Part shown: piece by piece, positions 1 to 10,745 of the stretch
How positions within the stretch are numbered: position 1 is the first letter of the stretch
Layout: the number at the start of each line of letters is the position of its first letter
Origin: Moniliella sp. 'wahieum'
Lineage: Eukaryota
Length of the DNA stretch: 64,000 bases
NCBI GenBank assembly: GCA_003971905.1
Contig: RSEE01000082.1
Coordinates: forward strand, 124,001-188,000
Direction: 5' to 3'
Position numbers and translations under genes: made by a program
The notes under the pieces: generated by a model
The model's input: the letters and a program-made list of their open reading frames with translations, nothing else
What the model was told of the DNA's origin: nothing
Databases searched by the model: none

Positions 1-1235
1 GCCTTCGAGGGTATGCGCGTACAAGCAATCGTCTGGGAAGAATGAGGGGGGGGGGAAAGATGGGGTCAGATGCGCTCCGCACTTTTTTTTGCGCTCAACG
101 ACACTAAGACAAAAAAAAGTAAGCCGAGGTGGCAGACACGTACCGGCAAACGGACAGAACACCCCCTCGGGCTGGAGCAGGGATTGGGTAAAGTGTTTGC
201 AAGGTTTGTCCTTGAGGGTCTGACGATAGGTACGGATCAAGTGACGCTTGCTGTCCCCCTTGACGAAAAAGGAGGCGGGCACAACAAACATGCTGATCGT
301 CCGGCACAGCGGACAAGTCTTGTGCGACGCGCTGCGCTCAAAAGGATCAACGGCCGGGTGCGGTGGCGAGGAGCGCCACGAACGAAGACAGTCCAAACAG
401 AAAATATGGTCGCACCCAGGTAACAGACCATACGTCTCGGGTACCTCGTAGCAAATCGAACACAGCGGCCGCGTCGAAGGAGGCTCAGCGCCCGGATCAG
501 TCAAAGTGGCTTCGCGTGCCTCGGCAGCCATCTGCGCCACTTGCTCCGCGTACCCACCTGGAGCAGAACGAAGCTGGTGCTGGAACCAGCATTCGTCCCC
601 ACGCCCACAAAAACCTTTGCTGTAAAAGTGACACGCTGCCTTGATCTTCCCCTGACGGGAGCGGGGGGAGAGGGACAGAGGAGGCAGCGTCGAGGATGGT
701 CTGGATCGCAGTCTCGGACAACTGCATTGGGGCAGACGTAGAGGCAGTGGTAGTGGAAGAGGAAGTGGTAGCGGGGGTGGAAGCGGCAGTGGAAGCGGCA
801 GTGGAAGCGGCAGCGTGGCAGCGGCAGTGGAAGCGGCAGCGGCAGTATCAGAGGCAGAGGCAGAAGCAGAGCTGGCCACGGGCTGTGGGGGCAAAGACCC
901 AGGCGCCGACGCGTTCTCGGCCGGCCGAAAGAGGAGGGTGTGAAGGAAGCGGCACTTGGACCCGCGTGCGCAGCCCTGCGCCGAGGCAAAGTGGGTGCAG
1001 GGAGTAAAGCGCGAAGCACTGGAGGATTCAGCACCCGCCCCCTCCACCACCAGGTCAGGGGAGGCGGAGCCAGCTTGGGACGGCGGCTGGGCCGCTCCGA
1101 GTGCTTGAAGCGGCAGGCAGACCCGCGCGCACACCGCCGAGGCGTGGAAGTGGCGTGGAAGTAGCGGGGTGGGCGTGGAGTCGGCGGTGGTGGCGGGGGG
1201 GTGGCGGTGACGACGGGCGGCGTCGGGGTGGCCAT
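1..1235 (-). CDS. MKRN: Makorin-family CCCH zinc finger / RING E3 ubiquitin ligase; 3' end runs off the window; frameshifted
   Basis: Manual minus-strand translation gives an N-terminal CCCH (CARGSACRFKH), a RING (CSICYEVPETYGLLPGCDHIFCLDCLRSW...KTCPLCR), then YRQTLKDKPCKHF...CPFA|DDCLYAH across a GTACGT...CAG intron at 143-33. ATG at 1235. Confidence 0.88.
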
Positions 1236-1465
1236 GGCGGGGCAGCGAACAGCGGTGGAGGCAGCCAATCAGCAGCCACTGCGGGTGTCGATTAGAGTAG
1301 CAGCCCATCGCAGCCGCACACTGCAACTTTCAACAGTGTGCTGTTACGTCATCCTCGGCCGCCGCTCGTTCCGTCGGGACGTTAGTGGTTGGTTGATTGG
1401 GTGCGCAGCCATTATTAACCTTGCCCCCACCCCCACCTTCCACCCCACCTTCCACCCCCCCCACC

Positions 1466-2395
1466 ATGCCTCCACCACCGGCTTTGGCACGCTCGGCCAG
1501 CAGACGCGCGCCCATGCCCGCCGGTGTGTATGGAGACGTGCCCCCCAGCGCCGCCGCGCCGCCCCCGCACGCCGCCTCGCCCAAGGCCCAGCTCGAGGCG
1601 GCCAAGGTCGAGATGACGCCCCAGGAGCGCCAGGTCGTCGAATCCATCCAGAGGATTTCGCTCAACACCCAGTTCTTCGGCTTGGGAGTCGGGTCGGCGC
1701 TGGGCTACGTGCTGACCAAGCGCAGGTTCCCGGCGCGAGCTGGGGCCAGCTCCTCGCCCCCATGATGGCCGGTGCCCTGACGTCTCCCTTCTGGAGCTTG
1801 CCCCTGGCCTACTTCGTGTCCAAGCCCTACGTCAAGCAGATCGAGGACGACAAACCTCCAATCCGTCATCCGACAGAGCGAACGCCGCCACATCCCCCTC
1901 AGCCAGATCCCCATCAACCCGCAGGCTGGCCAGGACGGCAACCAGGACCTGCCGCCCCCTGCCGATGGCGCGTATCCCCCGGGGGGCAGCTATGAGATGG
2001 GTGCGGCTCCGTCTCCGGCCTATGAGCCTGCCTCCCCGGGCGAGGCCCAGTCCGCCTCCTCTCAGCCCGAGGACGCATGGCGCGTCTGCGTCGCGGTGCG
2101 GCGGGGGGAGCGGGGGGCGCACCGAGCACCGGGAGTGCTTGGGACCAGGTCCGCAAACAGCAATCGCCTTCCTACTCCACCCTCTCCTCCTCGGGTGCAG
2201 ACACCGCCAACGCCTGGGGCGATGCGCCGGCAAGTGGATCGGTGCGTGCTTCCCAAAGTCACGTAGATTTGACCAAACTAACAGAGTGTGCGTTCCTTTT
2301 TTTTCGTTGCGCAGCTCTCTCCGGACGAACGCGAGTTTGATGCAGAGATGCAGCGCGAGGAACGAGGCCAGCAAGCGACCTCCACAACGTGGTAA
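1466..2395 (+). CDS. Hypothetical membrane protein (two hydrophobic segments; SAWDQVR and EFDAEMQRE motifs near the C-terminus); frameshifted
   Basis: Pieces of ORFs 1397-1765, 1201-1995, 1997-2266 and 2077-2340 join into one protein. Probable intron GTGCGT(2242)...GCAG(2314); stop TAA 2393-2395. Confidence 0.6.
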
Positions 2396-2575
2396 CGAGA
2401 GGGTAAACACCCGTAAGCCAGGCTAGGACTGCAGAAAGGTCGAGAGGAGAGGGCCCTCGCATCGTCATCCCTGCCCACTGTTAGGACCCTTTCCTCTGCC
2501 CCGCACTGGTTCGTATCCACGCAAATTACTCCCAAAAGCAATCTAACCATCGGCTCCTCTAACAGAGCATCCTCA

Positions 2576-3041
2576 GTGTTGTCAGGTAGTGGAGTATGAC
2601 CACTCCCTGATAGCACCGGCTCCTAGCTGGCCCACCGGTACACTAACAATAGGCTAGTAGTGAAGAGGTATGATGTCATGGGCGGGCCTCGAACTGGAGC
2701 CCAAACCTCACTTTTCGGGTGCTTTCCCTTGGGGGAGAGGAGAGTCCGACCCTGGTTTATTCGAGCTTGGGCGCTATTGGCGGATCCGAACGGAGCTAGA
2801 GACGAGGTGAGGCCTCTCAATTGGGGCGTCGAATATTTCGTGGCAAGATGCATAGCGCTGGAACGAGCAAAAACAAGCGTGCCCGTAGACGCAGACCCTT
2901 GAAGGAGTTGGTTTGGAAGGTTGATGCAGACAAAAAGATAGGGTCGGACAACTCCTGTCACAGAACAACTCAGCTCGTGTATATATGACAAGGAGGACCA
3001 CCGGGCCTACGGCCCGGTCAGCTGGGGCTTCGCCCCAGCTG
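2576..3041 (+). ncRNA. Candidate structured RNA module, group I intron core-like (unconfirmed)
   Basis: At least seven helices visible by eye, some with G-U pairs valid only on the + strand. AAGATAGGGTCGGAC (2935-2949) with partner CAGACCC (2892-2898) resembles group I J8/7 and P7. Confidence 0.4.
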
Positions 3042-6000
3042 TGCTGTGTCGCCACGTATAGCCAACACCGTTCCCCTTCGCCACCGTAGCCACCGTTCCA
3101 CCGTCGCCAACACCGACATAGAGAAAATATCACCGATGCTTGCTGGCTGCAGGGGGCGTGGAAGGTGGGAAGGGGCAGCTGATGTAAAAAGTGTACAGGC
3201 GAATCTCTAGACCGCGTCCATTTCATTGACAGAGCTTAAGGCTGGGACAGGGGGAATGCTACGTCTAAACCTAACCGTTCATCTTGCGGGGTTACTTGGA
3301 AGCGCCACCAAGGTCAAGGAACCAGGGGGATCGCCAGGATATCAGGACCTTCCGGTTCTCGCTATCCGGTCCCGTATCCTAGGAAGCGCGTGTGGACACG
3401 GATGAACGTGGTTGACATCCGAGCGAGGAACCATTTCCACTGAGACTTAGTAGCCAACTCCTTCCAATGCGCAAACAACTTGCCCGCCGTCTTGGTGCCG
3501 TAGTATCCTCGCGTCGTCAAAACCAGGGGGAAAAACGGTTCTTGAGTGCGTCCCTGGTACTTGGCGTTCTTGTCGCATTCTGCTTGTTCAAGCAGCCGAA
3601 GCAGTTCCTTCTCCCGGCGTTCCAAAGGCGACGCAGTGCTCTCATGCACCACCCGCCGGTACGCGCTCTGCGCCTCCTGCGATCCCGTGTCGCGCAGCGT
3701 GTGGTCTACCTCCATTCCGGTTCCTCCCAGTGCTCCGGGCCCATCACGCGGTAATCGGTGCGCTGTGCCTTCCGTCCGCGCCTCGTCCCATCCTCTTCCT
3801 CCACCATAGGTTCGTTGTGGACGTGGGTGTCGGGGATGGAGCGGAGGAGCTGGAGAATGGGCTCCCGCACTGCCTCATGCAACGCACCAAACTTGGCCTG
3901 GGTGCGGGTGCAGGACATGATGTGTTCCAGCGAGGACATGACGCCGCACTTGCACATGCTGCGTGGTGCGGCACAGCGTGCGGAGCTGGAGACCAACCTG
4001 GACCTGCTGGTCAGAGAGCTTGAGGTACGGGACGGATGGAATAGCGGAGAGCCAGTTGTGGCTCAGCGGGTTGCTGTGCTCAACCACATGACGACCATCG
4101 GCAGCGTCCAGCTTCTGGAGCAGCTCCTGTCGACTTTGCTCCCACATCTCGCGGCAGCGCTGGCGTTGCTTCGTAAATGCGTTGGCCCTTGCCGTTTGCG
4201 GTCCCGAACGGTCAACATAAGTGGTAATAAGGTAGTCGTTGACCTCGTTGGCCGCGGCACGGGCGTGGGGCGCAATATACGAGTAAAGCGGGCTGCCACA
4301 TCCTCCCAGCCGAAGAGGCAGGCTCATGAGCATGTCGAAGTGGTCGTCCTTGGGATCCTCGTCCCGGATCCGTCTGAACTCCGTACAGATGAAGGCATCA
4401 ATCTCGGCCAGCACGTCGTCTAGCTCTCCTTCCATCTGCATGGTGCGGAGCAGGTGGCGCAGCTTGGTCTGAGTGCTGAGCCGCCATAGTAAGAGGCGTC
4501 CCTGGCGGGTGATGCCATCAAACTTAGGCATGTTCTCCCTCAGACTGGCCAGTTGGGCCCGGAGCCACGATCGACGACAGTCTACCCCTCCCACACAAGT
4601 GCCCAGAACCTGCAGACCATCCACCCGAATCTGGTCCCGGTCCCGCTCGACACACTTGCGCAGGTTGAGCTTGAGGCCTGACGCGTCGTCTTCCAAAATC
4701 TCCGCGGCTAGGCCGGTAATGCCTGGCCCTGGACCGAAGATCGTAATGTCGTCCAGGTATGCCATCACCAGGTGCCCCGGCGGCAGGTCCTGTTCCAGTT
4801 TCTCCAGCGTGGGCCGCACTGCGATGGAGAAGAAAAAGGGGCGAGGGGGTCGCCCTGCCGTACGCCCTCTGCCGACAGGACGTTGGTCTCATTTCCGCCC
4901 GACGCGACCCAGAGCTGGGTGGGGGAACCATAGATCCATCGGCCCAACGTGAGGAGATGGGGGGCGTAGGCATGGAGCGCCTTGGCGAGTGTGCGACGGC
5001 GCACAGTGTTGAAGGCGTTGGTAAAGTCGAGCATGGCGACGTGGCTGAAGTCGCCCAGTTCCGCATCGTTTTCCCCGCCTGGCGCTGTCATGCGCTCGAC
5101 CATCCGTACGATAGGCTCCACCCGTTTTGCGATGCTACTCCCAACTGGGTGGGGAGAAGCCAGCTGTTGGGGCGATCGCTCGAGCGATGGCCTTGGCGCA
5201 CAGGCGGTAGATCAGCTCCCCACAGGCGATGGGGCGGATGCCTCCCGATGCCTTCTCCAGGGGGGTGAGGCGGGAGGCCAACAGGAGCTCGCGTCCTGGG
5301 GCGGTGCCGTGGTAAATACTCTTGGTGAGGGCGGTGAGAAAGGCGACGAAGCGCTTGCATTCAAGGGCCGTTCGTAGGAGGGGTGGGTCCACCCGGATAG
5401 ACTGCCCCAACGTCGATTCTGAACGTGGCAATCAAGGCAACAAAGTCGATTTCGTCCAAGTCCACCACGATACGGTCACTGTCCGTCGTGTCGGTGAGGG
5501 TGGTGCCCGGCGGTACCACGCGGCCTGTGTGGGTGGGACGAGTGCGGGTGGTGGTGTTGCCAAAGGCTGTGCCCGGGCCGAGGCTGAAGGGGTTCGCCTC
5601 TCCAACGGGATGGAGCTTTTCCAGGCTTGCCTGGGTCTCGGGGGTGAGAGGGGCAATGGTGGATTGGCCGACGAGGTACTTGCTGCGCGGCTGAGGCAGC
5701 CCTCCCGAATGAGGCGGTCGGCCTTGGTGACTGGGTCGAGTGCCTCGCGCGTTGAGAAGTCGGGGGGCGGAGGGAGTTGCCAGGCGCTGTTGGGGTACGT
5801 CCCGATGAGGTTGTTGTCCTTGTTGTGGTAGCGGAGTACTTCCTTCGGCACCACTAGAATATCCATCAGGTGTGCTGACGAGGGCTCCTGCAGGTAAGCA
5901 TATCCGCCAGGCGGCCGAGCATCTGAACTGGAAGGGGCGCTTCAGGTGTGACGGTATCTTGCGTGCGCCGGGGCGTTCGGCCAGGGCGGTCAAACGGGAG

Positions 6001-6117
6001 AGGGAGGTCGGCCGCAGTGTCGGTCGGCGGGTTGCGCGGCCGTCTGGTGGCGGTGGTGGTGGGGGCGGGGGCGGTCTGCGGGGGGCGCGGGTTATGGCAT
6101 CCATGCAAGTTACAATC
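2990..6117 (-). mobile_element. Non-LTR retrotransposon of RLE type, CRE clade (Cnl1/MoTeR-like); boundaries approximate
   Basis: Single RT-zinc knuckle-RLE polyprotein at 6104-3362 followed by a ~370-nt 3' UTR ending in twin hairpins (3000-3041). Composition changes abruptly just past 6120. Confidence 0.88.
3362..6104 (-). CDS. Reverse transcriptase with zinc knuckle and restriction-like endonuclease (frameshifted polyprotein)
   Basis: IRPIACGELIYRL, QLGVA, LDFTNAFNTV, GVRQGDPLAP, AYLDDI, GLKLNLRKC, LPLRLGGCG, CKCGVMSSLEHIMSC, RTDY...EVD, KNAKY and FFPLVLTTRG occur in order across ORFs 5361-6104, 5432-5866, 5135-5431, 4765-5121, 3875-4819, 3706-3996 and 3362-3715. Confidence 0.92.
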
Positions 6118-9100
6118 GTGAAGAGGTAGAATTATGTTCGGTCGCACGGGCAGCCTTCAACATACGAATCCATGCACAAATCCATGCCGACCACGGTCAC
6201 CACTAGTTGCCTGTTCATGTTTTATTTCACACTGTCTGTTTAGCAAGGGATTTCTTCTACGTCTGTTGCGTGGGGTTAATGCTCCACCGGTAACATGCGA
6301 TCAGTCACTGGCATTGCAGGCAGGCATTCTTATTTCCGTCTTCTTCTCCTTTTCTATGAAAGGAACAGAGCTCTTGCGGGAGCTATGCAGGGAATGTTAT
6401 GACTTCATCTCCCATCACCATGAATCCTTTGGATGTCGCTACTGTCCTCAATTGACCGATGAATCTCTCTCTTTCTTAGTTGCCTTTTCTTCACTCCGTT
6501 TCTATCGCATTTCAACTGTTCACCACCCTCATTTACAATGCCCACAGCGGTCCAATATGTATTTCGGCGCCTCAATCCTACTTCCCATTCTTGTTTTGTT
6601 TTGTTGTTCCGCGTTACTTTTTTTGCTGTCATCGTGTCTGAACGGTACCCGACACATAACTACTAGCTCTGACTGGAGCAATGAGCGTAAAGGGAATGTA
6701 GTTATTTTCGCTCTCTCCTGAATCGCATTTGAAAGTGCATCAGCATACAACATCCATTCGTGTCATACGAGTCACGAATTGTGCTCCGGCGTATTTGGTA
6801 GCTTCATGCAGCGTGCCTCTCATAGTTTGGAAAATATGTGCTAGAATGACTTGGTCTGAGCCGCTCTCTGTCATGGTTATGCGTCAGCCTCCCGAATGAA
6901 GCCTGAGAGTAACACGCTGTTCTGTTGCATTGGTGCTACCCCTCTTAGATTGTGGTGGATACTTTATCCATTTCCTGCATATGGACGGAGGTGCCACCAA
7001 AACAGAACAGACGATCATGCAATAGTGTGGTGCATTAGGCGCAAGACTGAATGCCACATTGCACCAACTTTACCCCCGCCGATTCCAGGAACTTTTTTTA
7101 GATGCCTGCGATTTACCAGCTTATTGGATACTCGTGATGGTACGAAATTTGTAGATCCGGGATGTAACACGTCGTATGTACACAAGTTTTCGTGGTTGAG
7201 TGTCTATCGCAAAACATAATCCAATATGAGATGCTATCCGTTTTCATGACATGTAAGTGAATGATATTCCTAATTCAAGATAAAAGGGACAAGCGATGGA
7301 GCCGGCAAGATATGGTTGGTGCACCTGCAGAACCTGACCTCAAGGCTCGCCATGGGTGTGTAGGCATAGAGCTACAATGCAATCTTCTCGCCGGTTTAAT
7401 ATTGTTGCGCAACTGAACGCATCAGTTATTCATCAAGGAGTAACCACGAAAATAGATTGACCCGGCGAAATATGACGTTATGAAGGTCAGATTAGTACTC
7501 AAGACCCTGATTCAATGTCATTTGCAAATCCGCTATCAACTTTGGTATCATTTTCAGCTGTTGCCGATTGTGATAGCCCTGCATGGTGTACGGTTGAGTG
7601 ATGCTATCGCTTTTTCATCGTTTGCTATCCTCTGTGGTGTGACGTGCGGTCCGCGACATAGGCCCAGGCCCCTTATCACCCATTGCCCCTTATTTGACCT
7701 CCGATGGCTCCGAGTGTTTTACTCCGGTTTGACCGACCCTCCTCAAGTGTGGCATGATGCGTCGGTCGTGACTACGACCACCACAATTGCATTGCTCTAC
7801 ATTTCCAGAGGTTCTCCACCCCACAGCCTTGGTTCCTTTGGGCTTAATTTGACAGAACAAGTCCGGTAGGCGCTGTTTTCATGGGAAACACACATACTAT
7901 TAACGCCGAGGAAGAGCTCAAAGAGCAGCAAATGGGAATGGTGGTCGATGGAGATCAAATTGCCAAGGCGGTGGCGAATCCAAGTCATCATGGAGTCGGA
8001 AACGCCACGTCAGAAAACATCACACAAGCATCACACATGATGTCACTTGGATGTGACCTTGGCCATAAATGACCAGAGGTCAACACATACGCCTGTGTGA
8101 TGTGTCCCTGTTTTAGCGATACCATGCAGAATACACTCCCCTCATTCGTTATCCAACATTGTCAAGTTGGACCAAAAGAGTTGGGGATAGATCGAATATG
8201 CTCTGATACACAGGCCCAAACCCGCTGAATACTGCACGCTCCAGAGCCCAGTCGGTCGCATATTATCGGGATTAAAGCGAGAACTGACAGGCATTGTCGC
8301 TCTTGTCGTCTGAAGGCGTCATGAAGAGTAAATTTATTCCGACAACATCAATATGATTGTCATGTTGATTGCAGTCAAAGACTGGAATCTCCAACAGCGG
8401 GGAATGGATGCTGATGTGTTAGATCTACCCAGGTAGGGGGCGAGCAGGCTTTTCGCTCTTCCGGTATTCGTTACTTGAACGCGTGTTGGTCTCATGGTGC
8501 CGATTATCTTTGCTTCCAGATACTCTGGAGCAGAATAAGGTTTTCTTTGCTGCGGTCTATAAGGGTACTGAATCTGTGTCAACCTATGCCTGATACTGCA
8601 ATGCAACAGACACAGCGAATGATTTGCTGAAACCGCAGAGGAGCAGAGTTCATCGGTGAAGGAGGGAGATACCACCACTACAGGTGGTCAAAAAGCGTTG
8701 TCTAGTGCTCGCAGCCTTATCCAATGGCGAAACGAATTGGTGAGCATTTTCCTGCAAGGCAAGAAGAAGTAACAGTTTTTATCTGCACCGCGAGATTGAA
8801 TACCACGACAAAAAAAGTAAACGAAAAAGCCGAAACAAGATACGATATCTCAATGCCGGGGTGCTTTCTGGTTAATGATCTTTGGAGAAGGGGGGGGTGA
8901 CGGTGGAAGACGAGTTCGCTACTGCTGGTGGCAGTATGATAGGGATGGTATATTGTAGGCTAGGAAAAGACATTAATAACTGCTATAGAGAGGGAGTTGA
9001 CCTTAGATGAGCAGACAGAATTCTTGCTCCCTCGCCTCCTCACTCAATGGTCCACATCTCATGTCATATTTTCTTCAGCAGGACCGAAGGGTAACATTGC

Positions 9101-10610
9101 ACCACTAGGCTGTAGCGGATCATAATCGCATTTCTTACCGTGTCGCTACGGTCTTTTATGCTGTGTTGTAATGTTGAAGCCATCACTTTACGCATGCGTT
9201 TGATACTCGCTTGCGACATCAAAATCCCCGCTCGTGATCAAGGGGCAAATAAGTTGTCTCTGCGAGACTCTACATTCTCCGAGCAGGCATTCATGTAGGC
9301 TAAGTATGGGTGGGTATAGCATACCCTCTTCGGATAGTGTTTTGAGGAATTTAGGCTTGGATTTCACCACCGGTCCATTTGCTTTTTCCTCTCCGCTCTG
9401 CCCATATCAATCGATCTCAGTCACTCCGGAACTCTGGTAACATCTCTGCTTTTCTGCCTCTGCTCATCGCCTCAGTTACTGTTCCATCTGATGGTCGTCA
9501 TGGCTTTCACAATCTCCACTGTACTGTTCCACTCCCTTGGCTGCGACATCTTCGCCGAGAAGTCCACAGTTTAAGTCTCCGTCTCGCGCTCGTCTAACCT
9601 CAAAACGTATACACGTGGTTTGGATCGGGTCTCTCGCCTCGTTCCTTGCCTCGGTTCTTTGCCGTTGGCCCTCGCCTCTCGTCTCTGGTCTCTTATCTTT
9701 TCGTCCTAGCCCTCACTTCTCCTTGAATCGTTTTCCCTTTACATTGTAAGTAGCCAGACCTATTGGTAGTTCCTCTGTTCCCCTTCTCTTCTAATATGAA
9801 ACCTGCATCTCTAGTATTCTTATATCCAATTATGACGCCACGTTGCCCGCGACTCCTTTCCCCTCACTCATTCGTCCAGGAGCTCCACTTGGCACTCCAC
9901 TCGTGAAGAACTTTCCTTTCAATCGGCTCGCTCGTTCTCCTCCCTCGCCCATCGGAGCTCCCCGCGTTCACGCGGCCGGCCCCTGACGTGTAATATCTTT
10001 CTTGGACGCTACCTGGCTCTGCCCGACGAATAGCAAGGGACTACTCACGAACCGCCTACGTCTCAACGCTTGTATTCTTTGGGCTTCAGATCTAAAATGC
10101 GTTCAGTCCTCGGTGAGTCTTGTCTTCGATGGCAGGGAACGTCTCCTCCTCGGAAGCCCCGGCAAACCCGTCACAATCCCCTGTCAGAACAGGGCATCTG
10201 TGAGCCACGGCAGCAGCCTGTGAAACGTATCAGCGTCAGCGTCAATCACCTCGATCACCACATCGGGAGCTCTCTAGTCTTGACAATTCTTTACAATCCC
10301 TGTGCCGTGGCAGGCAACGGGATACACATGAGGTCTATAAAAACACACATTCTCCCATTTCCCAATCACCGCTAGTATACTCGTATACATGAGACGCTGT
10401 CCAGGAATTCCGTCTCCTATAGCGGTCTTTACCATAGCTAATCGAAATTTCTGATTACAAGGTTGCCGCGGACGTTGCCGCAAGATTAACTGACGTGTTC
10501 GCCAGACTATCGCCAGTGTTGCCACAATCTCGCGACAAGGGACGCTGGCGGCAAGATCGTCGCAAGGTCGAGACAATCTGCCCGACAGGTTGCCCCCAGG
10601 TTGCCCCCTG

Positions 10611-10745
10611 CTATCCACCAGGTATCCCCCATCCATCCACCAATATCCCCCATCTATCTACCAGATATTCTCCATCTATCCACCAGGGATCCCCGGACGG
10701 GTCGCAATCTTGCTGACAGGCTGGTGGCTATAGGGTGGTGGATAG
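10611..10745. repeat. Four degenerate 21-22 bp tandem units plus an inverted partial copy
   Basis: CTATCCACCAGRTATCCCCCAT-like units start at 10611, 10633, 10654 and 10676. TGGTGGATAG (10736-10745) is the reverse complement of the unit start. Confidence 0.8.

Noticed and set aside
2735..2980. RNase P or MRP RNA (GAGGAGAGTCCG resembles CR-I)
   Set aside because: The partner strand forms an ordinary perfect stem without the P4 bulge, and no convincing CR-V or P1 closure is present.
2396..3360. Telomerase RNA embedded in the 3' UTR of the upstream hypothetical gene (U-rich 2711-25 / A-rich 2866-85 pseudoknot-like pairing)
   Set aside because: No canonical TAACCCTAA template upstream of the putative pseudoknot (only ATCTAACCATC at 2541), and the strongest long-range stem conflicts with that topology.
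3362..6104. Programmed ribosomal frameshifting in the retroelement
   Set aside because: Host housekeeping genes show the same density of indels, so sequencing error is the simpler explanation.
7040..7220. WRN-type 3'-5' exonuclease remnant (minus strand KKFLESAGVKLVQCGIQ)
   Set aside because: Only one short motif-like stretch, surrounded by stops; cannot be supported without a profile search.
8334..9060. Protein kinase pseudogene (YSAPEY, GPLSEEAR on the minus strand)
   Set aside because: No recognisable Gly loop, intact HRD or DFG in the expected order.
10611..10694. CRISPR-like array
   Set aside because: Units are directly adjacent with no unique spacers, the context is eukaryotic and there are no cas genes.
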